Shown here one piece after another: positions 13,371 to 25,686 of a DNA stretch of 64,000 nt; positions within the stretch are counted from its first letter, which is position 1; each line of letters begins with the position of its first letter. The stretch lies in assembly GCF_001194135.2 (NCBI RefSeq), contig NC_068989.1, positions 41,254,234-41,318,233 on the forward strand, given 5' to 3'. This DNA is from Octopus bimaculoides (Eukaryota). The position numbers were made by a program, and so were the translations under genes. The notes under the pieces were generated by a model that searched no databases, was not told the origin of the DNA, and saw only the letters and a list, made by a program, of their open reading frames with translations.

Positions 13371-14734
13371 CCATAATAATAATAATAATAGTAGTAATCA
13401 ACAGTTCATTAAGCTAGAGATTTATTCTTTTATTAAATTCAGTTATTGGACTGTAACTGTAGGAACATACCACTTGCAATCCAAAACTGAATCTTCAGTA
13501 ATATGGCAGTTAACCATGTGTTGAAAAGAATTCTTTGGGGTTTGAATAATTCACCTCTGGAAACATGGATGTTTCATTCATCATCCTTAAACAAACCTTA
13601 TTCAGGGACGTTTTGAGCGGGATGGGCTACTCAACCTGAAGAAAATTCTGAGTCCCACCTGCAAGGTCATGTGTACATTATCTTGATTTGAGATCACCAT
13701 GTCATGCATATAGTTGTGATGTCTGGTGTACCCTTATCAGACAGGTAGTCATGATGGGTATACTGGGCTTTATATATTCTACCCAGTGTCACTTTCATGA
13801 CATGCACTGCTTTCTCATTCAATAATAATAATAATAATAATAAAAATAATTGCTGATTTAGGCACAAAGCCAGCAATTTTGAAAGGAGTGGAGTTAGCTA
13901 ATTATATCAACCCAAGAACTTGACTGGATGGGGTAGACTTTGGTAGGATTTGAACTCAGAACATAAAGAGCTGTAATAAATACTACAAAGCATTTACTGG
14001 CATTTATTTATTTTAATGCACAGAAAATTCTGTCAATATCCTGCCCTAACAATAATAATGTTTCTAAATAAAAATAATAATAACAATAATAACATAATAA
14101 TAATTACATATTAATAATAATTTTAATAATAATTACAATAATCCTTTCTACTATAGGCACAAGGCCTGGGGTTTTGTGGGGAAAGGGACAATCAATCACA
14201 TCAACCTCAGTACTTAACTGATACTTAATTTATGAACCTTGAAAGGATGATAGGCAAAGTTGACCTCAGCAGTATTTGAACTCAAAACGCAACAACCGGT
14301 GAAATACCGCTAAACATTTCATCCAGCCTGCTAACAGTTCTCCCAGCTCATTGACCTTTTCTTTTTTAAACCACACCCATATTCATAGGCCTGAATATTC
14401 AATATTTGGTTAAGGTACCAAATATGCACCTAAAGCCTAAGACCACTCGGCCATATTGAGAGCATGGCATAATAATAATATTAATAACCATTTTTACTGG
14501 AGGTACAAGTCTTTGAAATTTTGTAGGGGAGGGGACTAGTTGATTATGTTAACCCCAGTGTTTCACTGGTACTATCAAATCCAAAAGGATGAAAGACAAA
14601 GTTGACCTCGGCAGTATTTGAACTCAGAATGTAGCGACAGACAAAATGCAGCTAAGCATTTCGCTTGGCTTGCTAACAATTCAGCCAGCTTGCCACCTTA
14701 ATAAATAAATAAATAAGTAAATAAATAAATAAAT

Positions 14735-14836
14735 AGAAGAAGAAGAAGAAGAAGAAGAAGAAGAAGAAGAAGAAGGAGAAGGAGAAGAAGAAGAAGGAGA
14801 AGGAGAAGAAGAAGAAGAAGAAGAAGAAGAAAAAGA
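14735..14836. repeat. (GAA)n microsatellite
   Basis: Directly visible. Confidence 0.95.
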
Positions 14837-15367
14837 AGAATATAGCACACATATGGTTGTGATGCATGTGCCTGGTGTACCATTATCAGACAGATAGTCG
14901 TGATGGGTATATTGGGCTTCGTATATTTTAACCCAGTGTCACTTTCATGGCATGCACTGCTCTCTCACTCAACAACAACAACAACAATAATAATAGTAAT
15001 AATAATAATAATAATAAAAATAATAGAGGAAGAAATAAAGAAACAGGGAAGAAAATAGCAAGTACAGGTGGAATAAAAGATCCTCCCTTCTTCCCCATCA
15101 TTACAGCCACCACTGGTTGGCATTAATAGCAGTGCCCAACACCTTTTGACTAGAATGGAGTAAATGTGACTGTGTTGCATTTATACACTCTTGAAAGATA
15201 TTAGAAATTATACATGGAATGAAACAGATACTAGAGTGAATTGAAAACTGGTCATAGAATCAGCTCACTTAGAGATCTTCCTGCTACTTTTAGGTGCTCA
15301 CTGCACACCAATCACTAGTGTAATTAATTAAATTTCAACATATTAGAATAGGAAATATTATAAAATC

Positions 15368-15836
15368 ATGGGAGATCATGCTTTGCTGCTTCTTGGAAGG
15401 GTCATTGCAACAATTATAAAAACGCACACTGGTTCAATGTCACGCTTTTTTATACATTGTGAATTGGTAACCTATTTAACCAACTAAGTAGTCGATCATC
15501 TTATTAATCATTTGGTTATTCAATCAGCCAGCTGTGTTTGCCAAAGTCCTTTTGTTGTCATCACAACCTCTTCAATGACATGTCCTTCTCCAGGTTAGCT
15601 TCAGGGCATTGTCATTGAAGAATTCACAAACAGTGACAAAAGGACTTTGGCAGACACAAGTGATTGCTTGATTAACCAAATAATTAATAAAATATTCAAA
15701 TAAACAATTAGTTAATTGATTAAATAGTTAACCAATTGATGAATAAATAATAAATAAATGAAACAGAACCAATGCATGTGTTTATTATTGGCATAATGAC
15801 CCTCCTGAAATACAACAAAGTCCATTTCAACACATG
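15368..15836. repeat. Diverged fold-back palindrome (~215-bp arms)
   Basis: Core tgtgtttgccaaagtcct..tcttcaatgaca vs tgtcattgaaga..aggactttggcagacaca; weaker similarity extends outward. Confidence 0.75.
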
Positions 15837-17789
15837 AATTCAGGTCAAGAATTTTGTTGCAAATCAAAACCAGAAACAAAAATCATACTGGTTTCCAAGA
15901 AACATTTCTTGAATAGAATATAAAATATATAATGGATATAACCTGATGTGTAGGGGGTTAATAGCTTGAAATTTTGTGATCAAGTATATCTAATAATGGG
16001 TAATCAGGCTACTTTCCATAACAGTGTTTCAGTCATGCATGCTTTCATTTAACGTCTGTTTTCCCATGTTAGCATTGCTTGGATAAGAATTACATTTGAG
16101 ACAGGAATTTCACAGCTGAATGCTCTTCCTGTCACCAACCCTCACCTAGTTTTCAAGGAAGGGATTTTCTACATTCCATAGGTCTTTGAAAGCACAGAAA
16201 AACTGGTCATAATATTAACAAAAAATGTTACCCAACACATGAAACATCAACATTCATGCACATACACACATATTACCTTGTTTAACACATTTTTTGTCCT
16301 TAGGTAGCAACTGTTATTTCCTATTTGCTTACTCCTAGAAAGTATGAAAAATGGCTTATATTTCCTTCAAAATTTGTGCTGGTTACAATATTTATTCAAA
16401 CCCCAAAGAATCCCTTTCAACACATGGCTATGATACTCCCCAACTACTCCTACTCATGATCAGTGATGCACATATTTTCAAGTAGTTAAGGTCAAGCAAC
16501 TAACAAGCAAATCTGTAGTATTGAGCAGAATATTTTCTATAACGATATTCTTCTTCAGCAACCCAGCACTGAATCTGTCTGAAATGTATTGGTAAGTTTC
16601 AAAATATTAATATCCAGGTCACAAAAGCAAAGTTTGAAGGGAATAGTGGTTATTTTGTTTGAGTTTTAGAGAGAAGCAAATAGGAAACAACACTCAGTGA
16701 CCAAAGACAAAAAAAATAGTTTCCATCTACCAAATTTATTCACAAAGCATTGCTCAGCCCAGGGGGACAGTGTAGTGGTACCAAACACTAAACCACAAGG
16801 TCACAAAGCAAACTTCCCAATCACAAAGCAAACTTCCCAATCACAAAGCCACAACTGCATCTATATGTTAAAGACTGATTACATAGTTAGTTTTGACCAA
16901 TAGTTGAGTTTATTTAAAGCATAACACTTGAACGTGTTTCATTATATTAAGCATTTTGACTATGTTTCAATTTAGGTCCATAGGCAAGGTTGTTGAAAGA
17001 CACAAACATATTGGGACAAACAGAATGATTTTATGTATAGTTTTACCATTGTTTGGTTGTTCACAGGAATACTAACAGAAATAATTTTAGTTTATTTTAT
17101 AACTTGTCAATTCATTTTATGACTTTTCAGTTCATTTTATAAATTAGATAATGTATAAAACTGTTAGATTGAAATTTTAGCATTTCATTTAATTATTTCT
17201 TTTTACAAAATATTAAACAAAAGAAAAGTAAACCAAGTCACAAACATGGAGAAAATGTAAAGAATTATTTGAAAAATAAGTTGTGATTGAATAAAGTTTG
17301 TACAGTAAATAGATTAATATGGAATGTAGATTAAAGAGAAAAACTGAAGGAATACATAATTTAAAACATAATATTAACAGGAGAGAAAAACTGAGATTGA
17401 ATTTTAGCAAAAATTCATAAAATCAGATCAGTGTTGTGCATGTGCCTCTGTGTGTGTGTGTATATGTTTGTGTATGTGTGAGGGGGAAGAATGTGTTTGT
17501 AAGAAGGGGAGAGAGTGTATGTATGTGTGAATGAAGGTTTGTGTGTGTGTGTGTACATGTTTTCTTTTTCTTTGGGATTATATATAGTATTTAAGACAAC
17601 ATATCTAATATTCGATCAAAAACCAGCCTGATATCCATTGCAAGTCTTAGTTGACCAGAAACTAGGAAAAACAATATTCCAATAACTATGCTACATTTGC
17701 AGTTTCTGCTTATACACATGCACACATTCTTTTCTGATCCTATTCTAAGGATAGGACTCTCACAACACAAGCTACTTTCAACACAAGCT

Positions 17790-18231
17790 ACCTTTAGCAT
17801 TCAAACCAGCCATATCCAGCCAAAATATTCTACCTGTTTCATGTTCAAACCAGCCAAACCTGGCCTCTCACACTTATCCTACAATGTCACTTTAACCCTT
17901 TCATTACTGTATTTATTTTGAGATGCTTTGTGTTTCTATCATTTATTTTAGATATAACAAAGAATTTAGTAAAATAACTTAGTTATCATTAAGCTAGTGT
18001 TAGGAACATTAATTGTGACTAAGGTTTGGTGGAAGATTTTAATTCAAAATTTATGAAAACAAGACATTTGTACTACAGAGCCAGAGCCAGTTTCAGCTGG
18101 GTTGGTAACGAAAGGGTTAAAAATAGACAACCATAACTTCGAAATCTTGAAGCTACAAGATAATGCATGATTAATTCAAAACAATGCATAAATAAGTATT
18201 ATTTTTGGCAGAGTACTCTGAATGCTAAAGG
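17790..18231. mobile_element. TTAA-specific (piggyBac-type) MITE family A containing a nested family-B TTAA MITE (17896-18116)
   Basis: Outer ends cctttagcatt / aatgctaaagg|ttaa; inner ends ttaa|ccctttcattac / gtaacgaaaggg|ttaa. Uninterrupted family-A copies at 33586-33797 and 47677-47897, and inverted at ~40140-40353. Confidence 0.8.
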
Positions 18232-20983
18232 TTAAACCTCAAATAAAAGAAAACTGTAAGAAGCCTGCTCGAGTATAAATATTTCTATATTAGGACATTT
18301 GCAAAAGTCTTCAACATCAGGCTAGACTCTTTCACAACTCCTTCATCTTGACAAATCAACATTCATCATCACCATCATGTTTACCTTTTTAATGTCCATT
18401 TATCATTTATCCAGGATTGCATGAGTCAAATGGTATCCAATAAAGCAGATTTTCTATGGATCCCTTTCCTGTCAACAACATTCACTTGTTTCCTCCAAGC
18501 AACATAACATTTCCCCATACCTAGCTTTTGTCTTGCATGGAAAATTGGAAACGAATGACACTGCCTGTATGATGGTGACACTTGTTTACAACACTATGAT
18601 GTCATTATTGTTCAGTTCTTCAGTCTTTCTAAACAAAGTTAAATGTAGGTAAGACTGAAGAAGACTTATTTCAACATGTTCCGATAAATTAACAATGCTC
18701 ACTCCATATAATTAGAGTCTTAGAAACTACTTCTATCAGTCACCTACAAATGTAAGCGAAATATTACATATTTCCTTCAGAACAAATGATCATTCATGTC
18801 TAAGAGCCTATGTTAAGAAAAGAATTTTTTAATTATTTACATTAAGAAACTATATTTACCAGTTCGTATGCTGTACGGTAGTTTCTCAAATTAACAAGAG
18901 AGATGACGCTGACATCTATACTAAACAGAATACCAATAGCAACAGTCATTCTAAGATAGGGGAATATATCTTCAGTTACACTAATGTATTCTTGTGGAAA
19001 ATCTTACCTAAGTCACATTAGCACACCAGAGATCTAATGAGCACATCTTCTATATTCTACTTTTACAACCATAATATTTATTGATAAACCTAAGGGACAC
19101 AACATTAGTGTATGTAGCTATGAGTTGCTGCCCTTGGATTTCAGATTTATAGACTTTTGTGTGAATCCAGGGGAAATAATTTAGGTCTCTGTTAATCTGG
19201 GCCACTGTTTTATAACATTTATATTTACTCATAGATGCCTCATTTTCTCTCATACATTATTGTAAGTTATTACGTCGCATGCAACAAGGCAACCTGATAA
19301 TTGAAATAAATAAAGAGGTTCTAATTTTACAACAAATTAAACCAGATATTTTTGCACATGAAACTTGAGTTGCTGTTCAATACAACTAAGTTATAGTGTA
19401 TATAAAAGAAATAATTCATGATTCCAAAATATATCAACTACTTTCAATTGTGGGACTTATCTAGAAGCAAACAGAATATATGTATGCGCGTGTTTGTGTA
19501 GAGTATATATATATATATATCGTGTGTACAGTTAGATGTATGACTGCTAATATTGAGTTTAGAGCTCCGTGTAGATTATCCTCATCCAGTCTGCTTCTGA
19601 TACAGTAGTTCAGTTACTACTGTATTTAGTAGTATTACATACAGATCAAGTGTTGGAGAAATTATGATAAATGCAAGTCTATATCATTTGGTCCTACATA
19701 CATTTCCACATTGTGGATGTTTGGAACTCTGTTTCAAGTGCAATTAGATGCTTAACCATAACAAATCAACAGGGAACACTTTTTTGCATTATGTTGCAGA
19801 GATCCAATGCCTCAACAGTAAAACATATTTAGAAACAAATGATAAAACTTTTTATTGTAATATCCCATATATATATGATAAATATAATGGCTAAAGCAGC
19901 TGTGCTGCTTCACTTGGCTTCACAGCTGATGGCAAATGATTAGATTTTATTGATGGAAGGGATTTTAACTGATGGTCTTCATTGGTGAGAGATAAATACA
20001 AGAAAAGGATGCTTATATGATAAAACATTAGAATGTTTTAAGTTATAAATTGTTCTAGTTTTAGCTACATGGTGTAGGATAGTATAAATCACCAAATCTT
20101 GTCAATTTCTCCACAAATAGCAGAACTTCTTGATATACCTCTGCATGTTACTCCACCCAAGATGTGGACTTTGCAAGTCCCACTGCAGTCAAAAAGGGCA
20201 GTAACTTCAAATAAGAACTGATTTTGAATAAAGGCAACCTTTTAGTCCCCCTCACATGGGACAATCTCTCTAGTGCTGGTAGCATGATAAGATGCAGTGG
20301 TATGCCCTGTAAAGAGGTTGGTGGTAGGAAGGTAACACAGCTAAAAAAAAGTCATGCTACAAGCAAGATTGACATTCTCAAGCCATATCACAGGCTACCT
20401 GCCTAAGAGAGCAGAATCTACAAATGAAAGCTGGCATAGGGTAGATGTGATAATAGCCCTCCTTGAATGGCACAACCATCTCTAGTGTCAGTGCTACAAT
20501 AATGTGCATTTAAGATATGCATAACACCAAAATTAGTCAATTTCCTTAGGCACTTTGTCTGTGAGACGACAAAAATCTAGATTACTAAGAGAACTTATAC
20601 CAGCATGGTAACAAAAAAAAAAACAGGTGTAGAAAAGGGACGTGTGAATCGTGAGCTTCTTGCCACACCAACAGTGGAATGTTGTAGTCTACTATGACTA
20701 CATTAAATAAACAATTGTTGTAAATTTAAACTTCATTTGTCAGTTTTTATTATAGCTCTGCCACACCATGAGTTCACCTACTTATCACATCATTGGTAAA
20801 TAATTGGAATTGAAAATTACCCAACAGAGTTATCCAGTTCTGTATAACATATATCTTTGACACTGGATTTTTTTTTACTGTCTGCTCTGTATGATTCTTC
20901 TAGCCATCTTGTGGCATTTTACATGTTGATATGCTGATTAATCATGAATCCTTTATATATATATATATATATCATCAAGCAGT

Positions 20984-21363
20984 GGAGGCGCAATGGCCCA
21001 GTGGTTAGGGCAGCGGACTCGCGGTCATAGGATCGCGGTTTCGATTCCCAGACCGGGCGTTGTCAGTGTTTATTGAGCGAAAACACCTAAAAGCTCCACA
21101 AAGCTCCGGCAGGGGATGGTGGCAAACCCCGCTGTACTCTTTCACCACAACTTTCTCTCAATCTTACTTCCTGTTTCTGTTGTGCCTGTAATTCAAAGGG
21201 TCAGCCTTGTCACACTGTGTCACGCTGAATGTCCCAGAGAACTACGTTAAGGGTACACGTGTCTGTGGAGTGCTCAGCCACTTGCACGTTAATTTCATGA
21301 GCAGGCTGTTCCGTTGATCGGATCAACTGGAAACCTCGACGTCGTAAGCGACGGAGTGCCAAC
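20984..21363 (+). mobile_element. Young-looking tRNA-derived SINE with target-site duplication
   Basis: tRNA-like head with A box (TGGCCCAGTGG) and B box (GTTTCGATTCC), CpGs retained. 13-bp TSD atcatcaagcagt / atcatcaaacagt. Partial inverted copy at ~47902-48080. Confidence 0.85.
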
Positions 21364-21849
21364 ATCATCAAACAGTATATTACTGGTTATGGCATATAAC
21401 TGGTCAGAAAGTAAACATCAGTTTTGCAACGATTATTGCACTTATCAATATTAATGTCTTTTCATATATGATGACTGGAAGTGCATAGCATTCTTGATGT
21501 TGGAGGTATATTCAGAACCTGACTAGCTCAGTGTTGATAAAAAGAATCATAACAAAACAAAACTTATAACGTATTCCAAGAATGATAGAAGAGTTATTTC
21601 CCATAGATTGATATCAGCTGCTATTGAATCATGTCAATTGAGTGTGTGTACATGTACGTCATTCTCTAGTTTGAAAATGGAGACAATCATTTTGCCAAAA
21701 CTAATTTTCACCCATGAAAGCAGCAACTGAATATTTCACTTTTTGAGTTCAGTAAAGCACCCAGATTGTGTGAATATTCCAACAATTTTCAGTTGATTTT
21801 TGTATAACACTGCTTCCTCTTTTAAACCCCATATATAGCTGGTTAACAT

Positions 21850-22370
21850 TGGAATATTGTACCTCTCTTGGATTCTAAAGAAGATTTGCAACTGTTCAGC
21901 CAGGCGTTAATGGAGTCCTCTGTTATCTCAACATATTTCTGTATGCCTATAACTCCATTGTTGTTAGATGACACCACCTCTGCTTCGTAGACCATGGCTT
22001 CTGTGTTGCACCAACCACTCACTGAGACTCTTTGTAAAACCTTCATGAACATTCTACTTCTGTCCAGAGCCTTGGGATACTTGTGCACAGCTGAATGAGA
22101 CCCTATTGAATATCTGATACTTATGACTTTATGTAAAATGCTTATCCAGTGACCTAATCCCATGCAAGCTTCACACTAAGTAGCAATGGTGGAGATGGGA
22201 GGAAGTAAACAAGATGTCTTTTTGATGGGGCTTTCTCTTTTGGGTCTTAGGGCTGAGCATATAAGCAATGCTTCTTTAAACTCACTGGCTTCATCAAAAA
22301 CTTCTGTATTTGAGAACCGATTCAAAATTCTCCCACTGACTGCCTTTACAAGGTTTTTAGAAACTGAAGA
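21850..22370 (-). mobile_element. Probable very old RTE-like LINE remnant
   Basis: One frame interrupted by a stop: ...PISTIAT*CEA...LQRVSVSGWCNTEAMV...NAWLNSCKSSLESKRG, loosely matching RTE sillYgcEaW..RIl.isW...tNeev..W.d.vk.dl. Confidence 0.4.
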
Positions 22371-22871
22371 TGAATGGTGGAAGACTGGATTGATATACAA
22401 CAGCCTATGCACACACATTTTAATGAGCTTCTTCCAGTCTCCATCAACCAAATTTCACTTAAGGACACTGGTCAAGCAACAGTGAAAGTAGAAATCACTA
22501 GCTGATAGTGTAGTCTGCACATTGAGAATGAACCTTCAACCATGTGATTTTGAAGCAAACTTCTTAACCACACAGCCATGTACATGTACGTGCATGTTTG
22601 TGTCTGTCTGTCCTTATATACGAGTAGGAGTGCAAATATATGTGTGTGAAGGTGTCAACTTGAGTATGTATGTGTGACAGTGGTCTAAAATAAGAACCAA
22701 CCGATCAAAACAAAATATATTTCTGAAAAAAATCATAAAAGAATTAAAATGAAATATGAAGCAATGATCTATATTTGTGTGTCAATACAGTGACTAATGC
22801 ACAGGCAAAGCAATAGAGGCGAGAGAAAGTGGACCAATCTTAACAAGAGACTGCTGTTTCCTTAAATCCAC

Positions 22872-22880
22872 CTGTTCTTG
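22872..22880 (-). CDS. Tentative 9-nt microexon (QEQ), or start of a terminal exon 22794-22880 (QEQVDLRKQQSLVKIGPLSLASIALPVH*)
   Basis: Very long pyrimidine tract ending ttcatgacatttcag|CAA; phase 0 matches exon 26260. The donor CAG|GTGGAT is weak. Confidence 0.25.
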
Positions 22881-23096
22881 CTGAAATGTCATGAAAGAAA
22901 AACTAAGAAAACGGAGAAAAAAAAGAGCTAAAAATATAAACAAGGAAAATAAACATCTGAAAAGTAAATAACTTATTTAATTGAATTTCAGTTTTAAAAA
23001 TTTATTTATATTTTAAAGATTGATGTCAATCAAGTAGAATGTGATTCAGTTTGGACCAAGTGCAGATGTAGAGAGGTGCGTGTGTACGTATCATTT

Positions 23097-23141
<45 letters not shown>

Positions 23142-23299
23142 NNNNNNNNNNNNNNNNNNNNNNNNNNNNNNNNNNNNNNNNNNNNNNNNNNNNNNNNNNN
23201 NNNNNNNNNNNNNNNNNNNNNNNNNNNNNNNNNNNNNNNNNACATATATATATATATATATTTGTTTTGCAAGATTTTTTATGTATATATACATATATA

Positions 23300-24800
23300 T
23301 ACATAATATCTAGGTTGAAGAAGTCCTTAAGGAAATACATAAAGATATGCGAATGTATGCCACAGGGAAACCCTGTTTCAAATAAAACCAACTGTAAACC
23401 ACACGGCTCTTCATTCCCTCGGATTATGCCTAAATGTGGGAATGAGATAAGTGGAATGGTTGATAAGAATAAATTTCTGAGGGCGGTTAATAATGTTGGA
23501 AATGACTTTAAGGGTGGCCGTAAAAAATTATGTAATTGTAGGGGCCCTTCTTTATGTCCTCTCGGCGGACTTTGTTTGTCCACAAACGTAGTGTATAAAT
23601 TTGTAGTTAGAGAAGACGACAAACAAAATAAGTTTTACATTGGAAGTTCAGTGAATTTTAAAGCCAGGTACAGGGCGCACATGAGTTCCTTTTCTAATGA
23701 GAAATATAATTCCACAACACTCGCCTCTTACCTACATGACCTCAAGAGGAGGAATAAGTAGTACTATCTCGAATGGTCAATCTTATCTAGAACCCCCCAA
23801 TTTAGGGCTAATATTAGCAAGTGCTAATTATGCATTAGGGAATCCCTTTCCATTCTTAGGTCTTTTGGGCCGAAAACCTTGAATAAGTTTATCGAGGTAA
23901 TCCCTTTTTGCAATCTTCCTAAAACTATATAAAAATAAGAATAAGAACAAAAATAATAGTGTTAGTAGTGGTAATAATGGTAGTAATGGTGATAGTAATG
24001 GTAATGATAGAAGTAAATAAATAGACAAAAATAATTGATATTAAAATAATAATAAAAATATGGATACAATGGTAGTATTTATTTTTTCATGGTTTACATT
24101 GGATTTGAAACCTAATAGTTTTAGTTACCAAACCTGCCTGACTANNNNNNNNNNNNNNNNNNNNNNNNNNNNNNNNNTTGTGCTCTATTGTGCATTAAAT
24201 ACGGTGATATACCCCCGAAATGGCCATAGGTGTTCTGTGTTTGTGTTCCACCTATACTCGTAATCCACTATAAATGATGTTTATGGTTTGACTTTACTGA
24301 TGTTACCTGCGGAATGGTGAAACTTGGATTTTACTTTGCCACACTTAGGATGTTCTGTTGTTGTTTTGTCCCGTGCACTTCGGTATTCCTGTTTATGAAA
24401 TTGAATTTTACCTACTAAATTTGCTGTCATGAGGGAGGTAGTTGAACTTTCGTACTACTTGTCTTGAATTTTTTTTATTGGCCTCAGCGAATGAACAGTT
24501 GTGCTACGTCTCGCTATGTATTATTTTTTTTTATATATATTTTTTCTGTATATATATATATATATACTTTTATTCTACTGTATTTGTACCAGTCTCTAAT
24601 ATTTTTGATCAATTTTTAATCGCTGTTTATTTATTTATTTATATTATTCTATTGTATTTTTAATCGATTTTTATTCTTATGTATAAAAATTTTGACCTCC
24701 CTTTACTAATTTGGTTTTTGTGGTCTATGTTGTACTTCTTATATGTGGTCAATGTTGGGCTACGGCTTTTCGAGTCGATGACCTAACGGTTTCATTCTGC
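23300..24800 (+). mobile_element. Penelope-like retroelement 3' portion: Cys-rich linker, GIY-YIG endonuclease remnant and putative pLTR/UTR
   Basis: ORF 23267-23761 reads CNCRGPSLCPLGGLCLSTNVVYKF...FYIGSSVNFKARYRAHMSSF...STTLASYLHDLK. A frameshifted continuation reads EWSILSRTPQFRANISKC*LCIRESLSIL..TLNKFIE. Extent of the non-coding part is approximate. Confidence 0.85.
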
Positions 24801-24872
24801 AATTAACTTTATACATATATATATATATATACATATATAATATATACATATATATACATATATAATATATAC

Positions 24873-24903
<31 letters not shown>

Positions 24904-25137
24904 CATATATATACATATATATATATATACATATATATACATATATTATACATATATATATATACATATATATATATATACTTATATATATACATATATT
25001 ATACATATATATATATATATACATATATATGTACATAAATATAATTCATAGATGAGATCGAGATGTTCTCTATATAGAATACACTTAGTAGTGCTCAAAA
25101 TATTCACACTTGAGCAAGTATAGAAGCAAATATGAGG

Positions 25138-25433
25138 ATAAGTGAACTAGACAGATCAATATATAATGTATATTAAATACATGGAATACAAAATATGTAT
25201 ATATGTATACATATAAAATGACCCAACTTACACAGAGTACAAATGATATAGAAAATTAAATTAAATTAAATTTTTTTATATCATTTAATTTTCTATATCA
25301 TTAATTTTCTTTAGTTTTGTATACCGTTTGTACTCTGTGTAAGTTGGACCTTTTTATATGCATACATACATACATATTTTGTATTTCATGTATTTAATAT
25401 ACTTTATATATTGACCTGTCTAATTTGCTTACT
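25138..25433. repeat. Fold-back palindrome (~115-bp arms, roughly 85-90% by eye)
   Basis: tagacagatcaatatataatgtatattaaatacatgg...caacttacacagagtacaaa vs tttgtactctgtgtaagttgg...catgtatttaatatactttatatattgacctgtcta. Confidence 0.85.
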
Positions 25434-25435
25434 CC

Positions 25436-25479
<44 letters not shown>

Positions 25480-25650
25480 CTGGCAATATGAGTGATAATT
25501 CCATGAATGTGTATCAAGACATCAGCTAGGAGTTGTGGGTTTGTTTCCCATTGGATACTCAATGTTAGAAGTCTCTTTCATATAAACCACTGTAATGAAC
25601 AAACTGTTACTTAAGCTTCATTCATGCATTTGGTACCCCTTATGAATGCT

Positions 25651-25686
<36 letters not shown>

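Noticed and set aside
16559-16591. Plus-strand 33-nt exon-like segment (ttcttcag|...TTG|GTAAGT)
   Set aside because: The acceptor derives from a decayed repeat and no partner plus-strand exons were found.
20984-21060. tRNA-like sequence
   Set aside because: It is the head of a TSD-flanked SINE, continues into the SINE body and has no clean acceptor stem.
21843-22451. Two collinear minus-strand ORFs (106 and 91 aa) separated by one TAG that also resembles an acceptor (pyrimidine tract-ttag|TGT), suggesting a host exon or stop readthrough
   Set aside because: The translation loosely follows the RTE LINE C-terminal pattern and does not continue the coiled coil; treated as an old LINE remnant. 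RNA-seq could overturn this.
24296-24335. CTGATGT-TACC..GGT-GAAAC, hammerhead-like core on the plus strand
   Set aside because: Core has T instead of the essential A9, there is no valid NUH triplet, and no complementary stem I.
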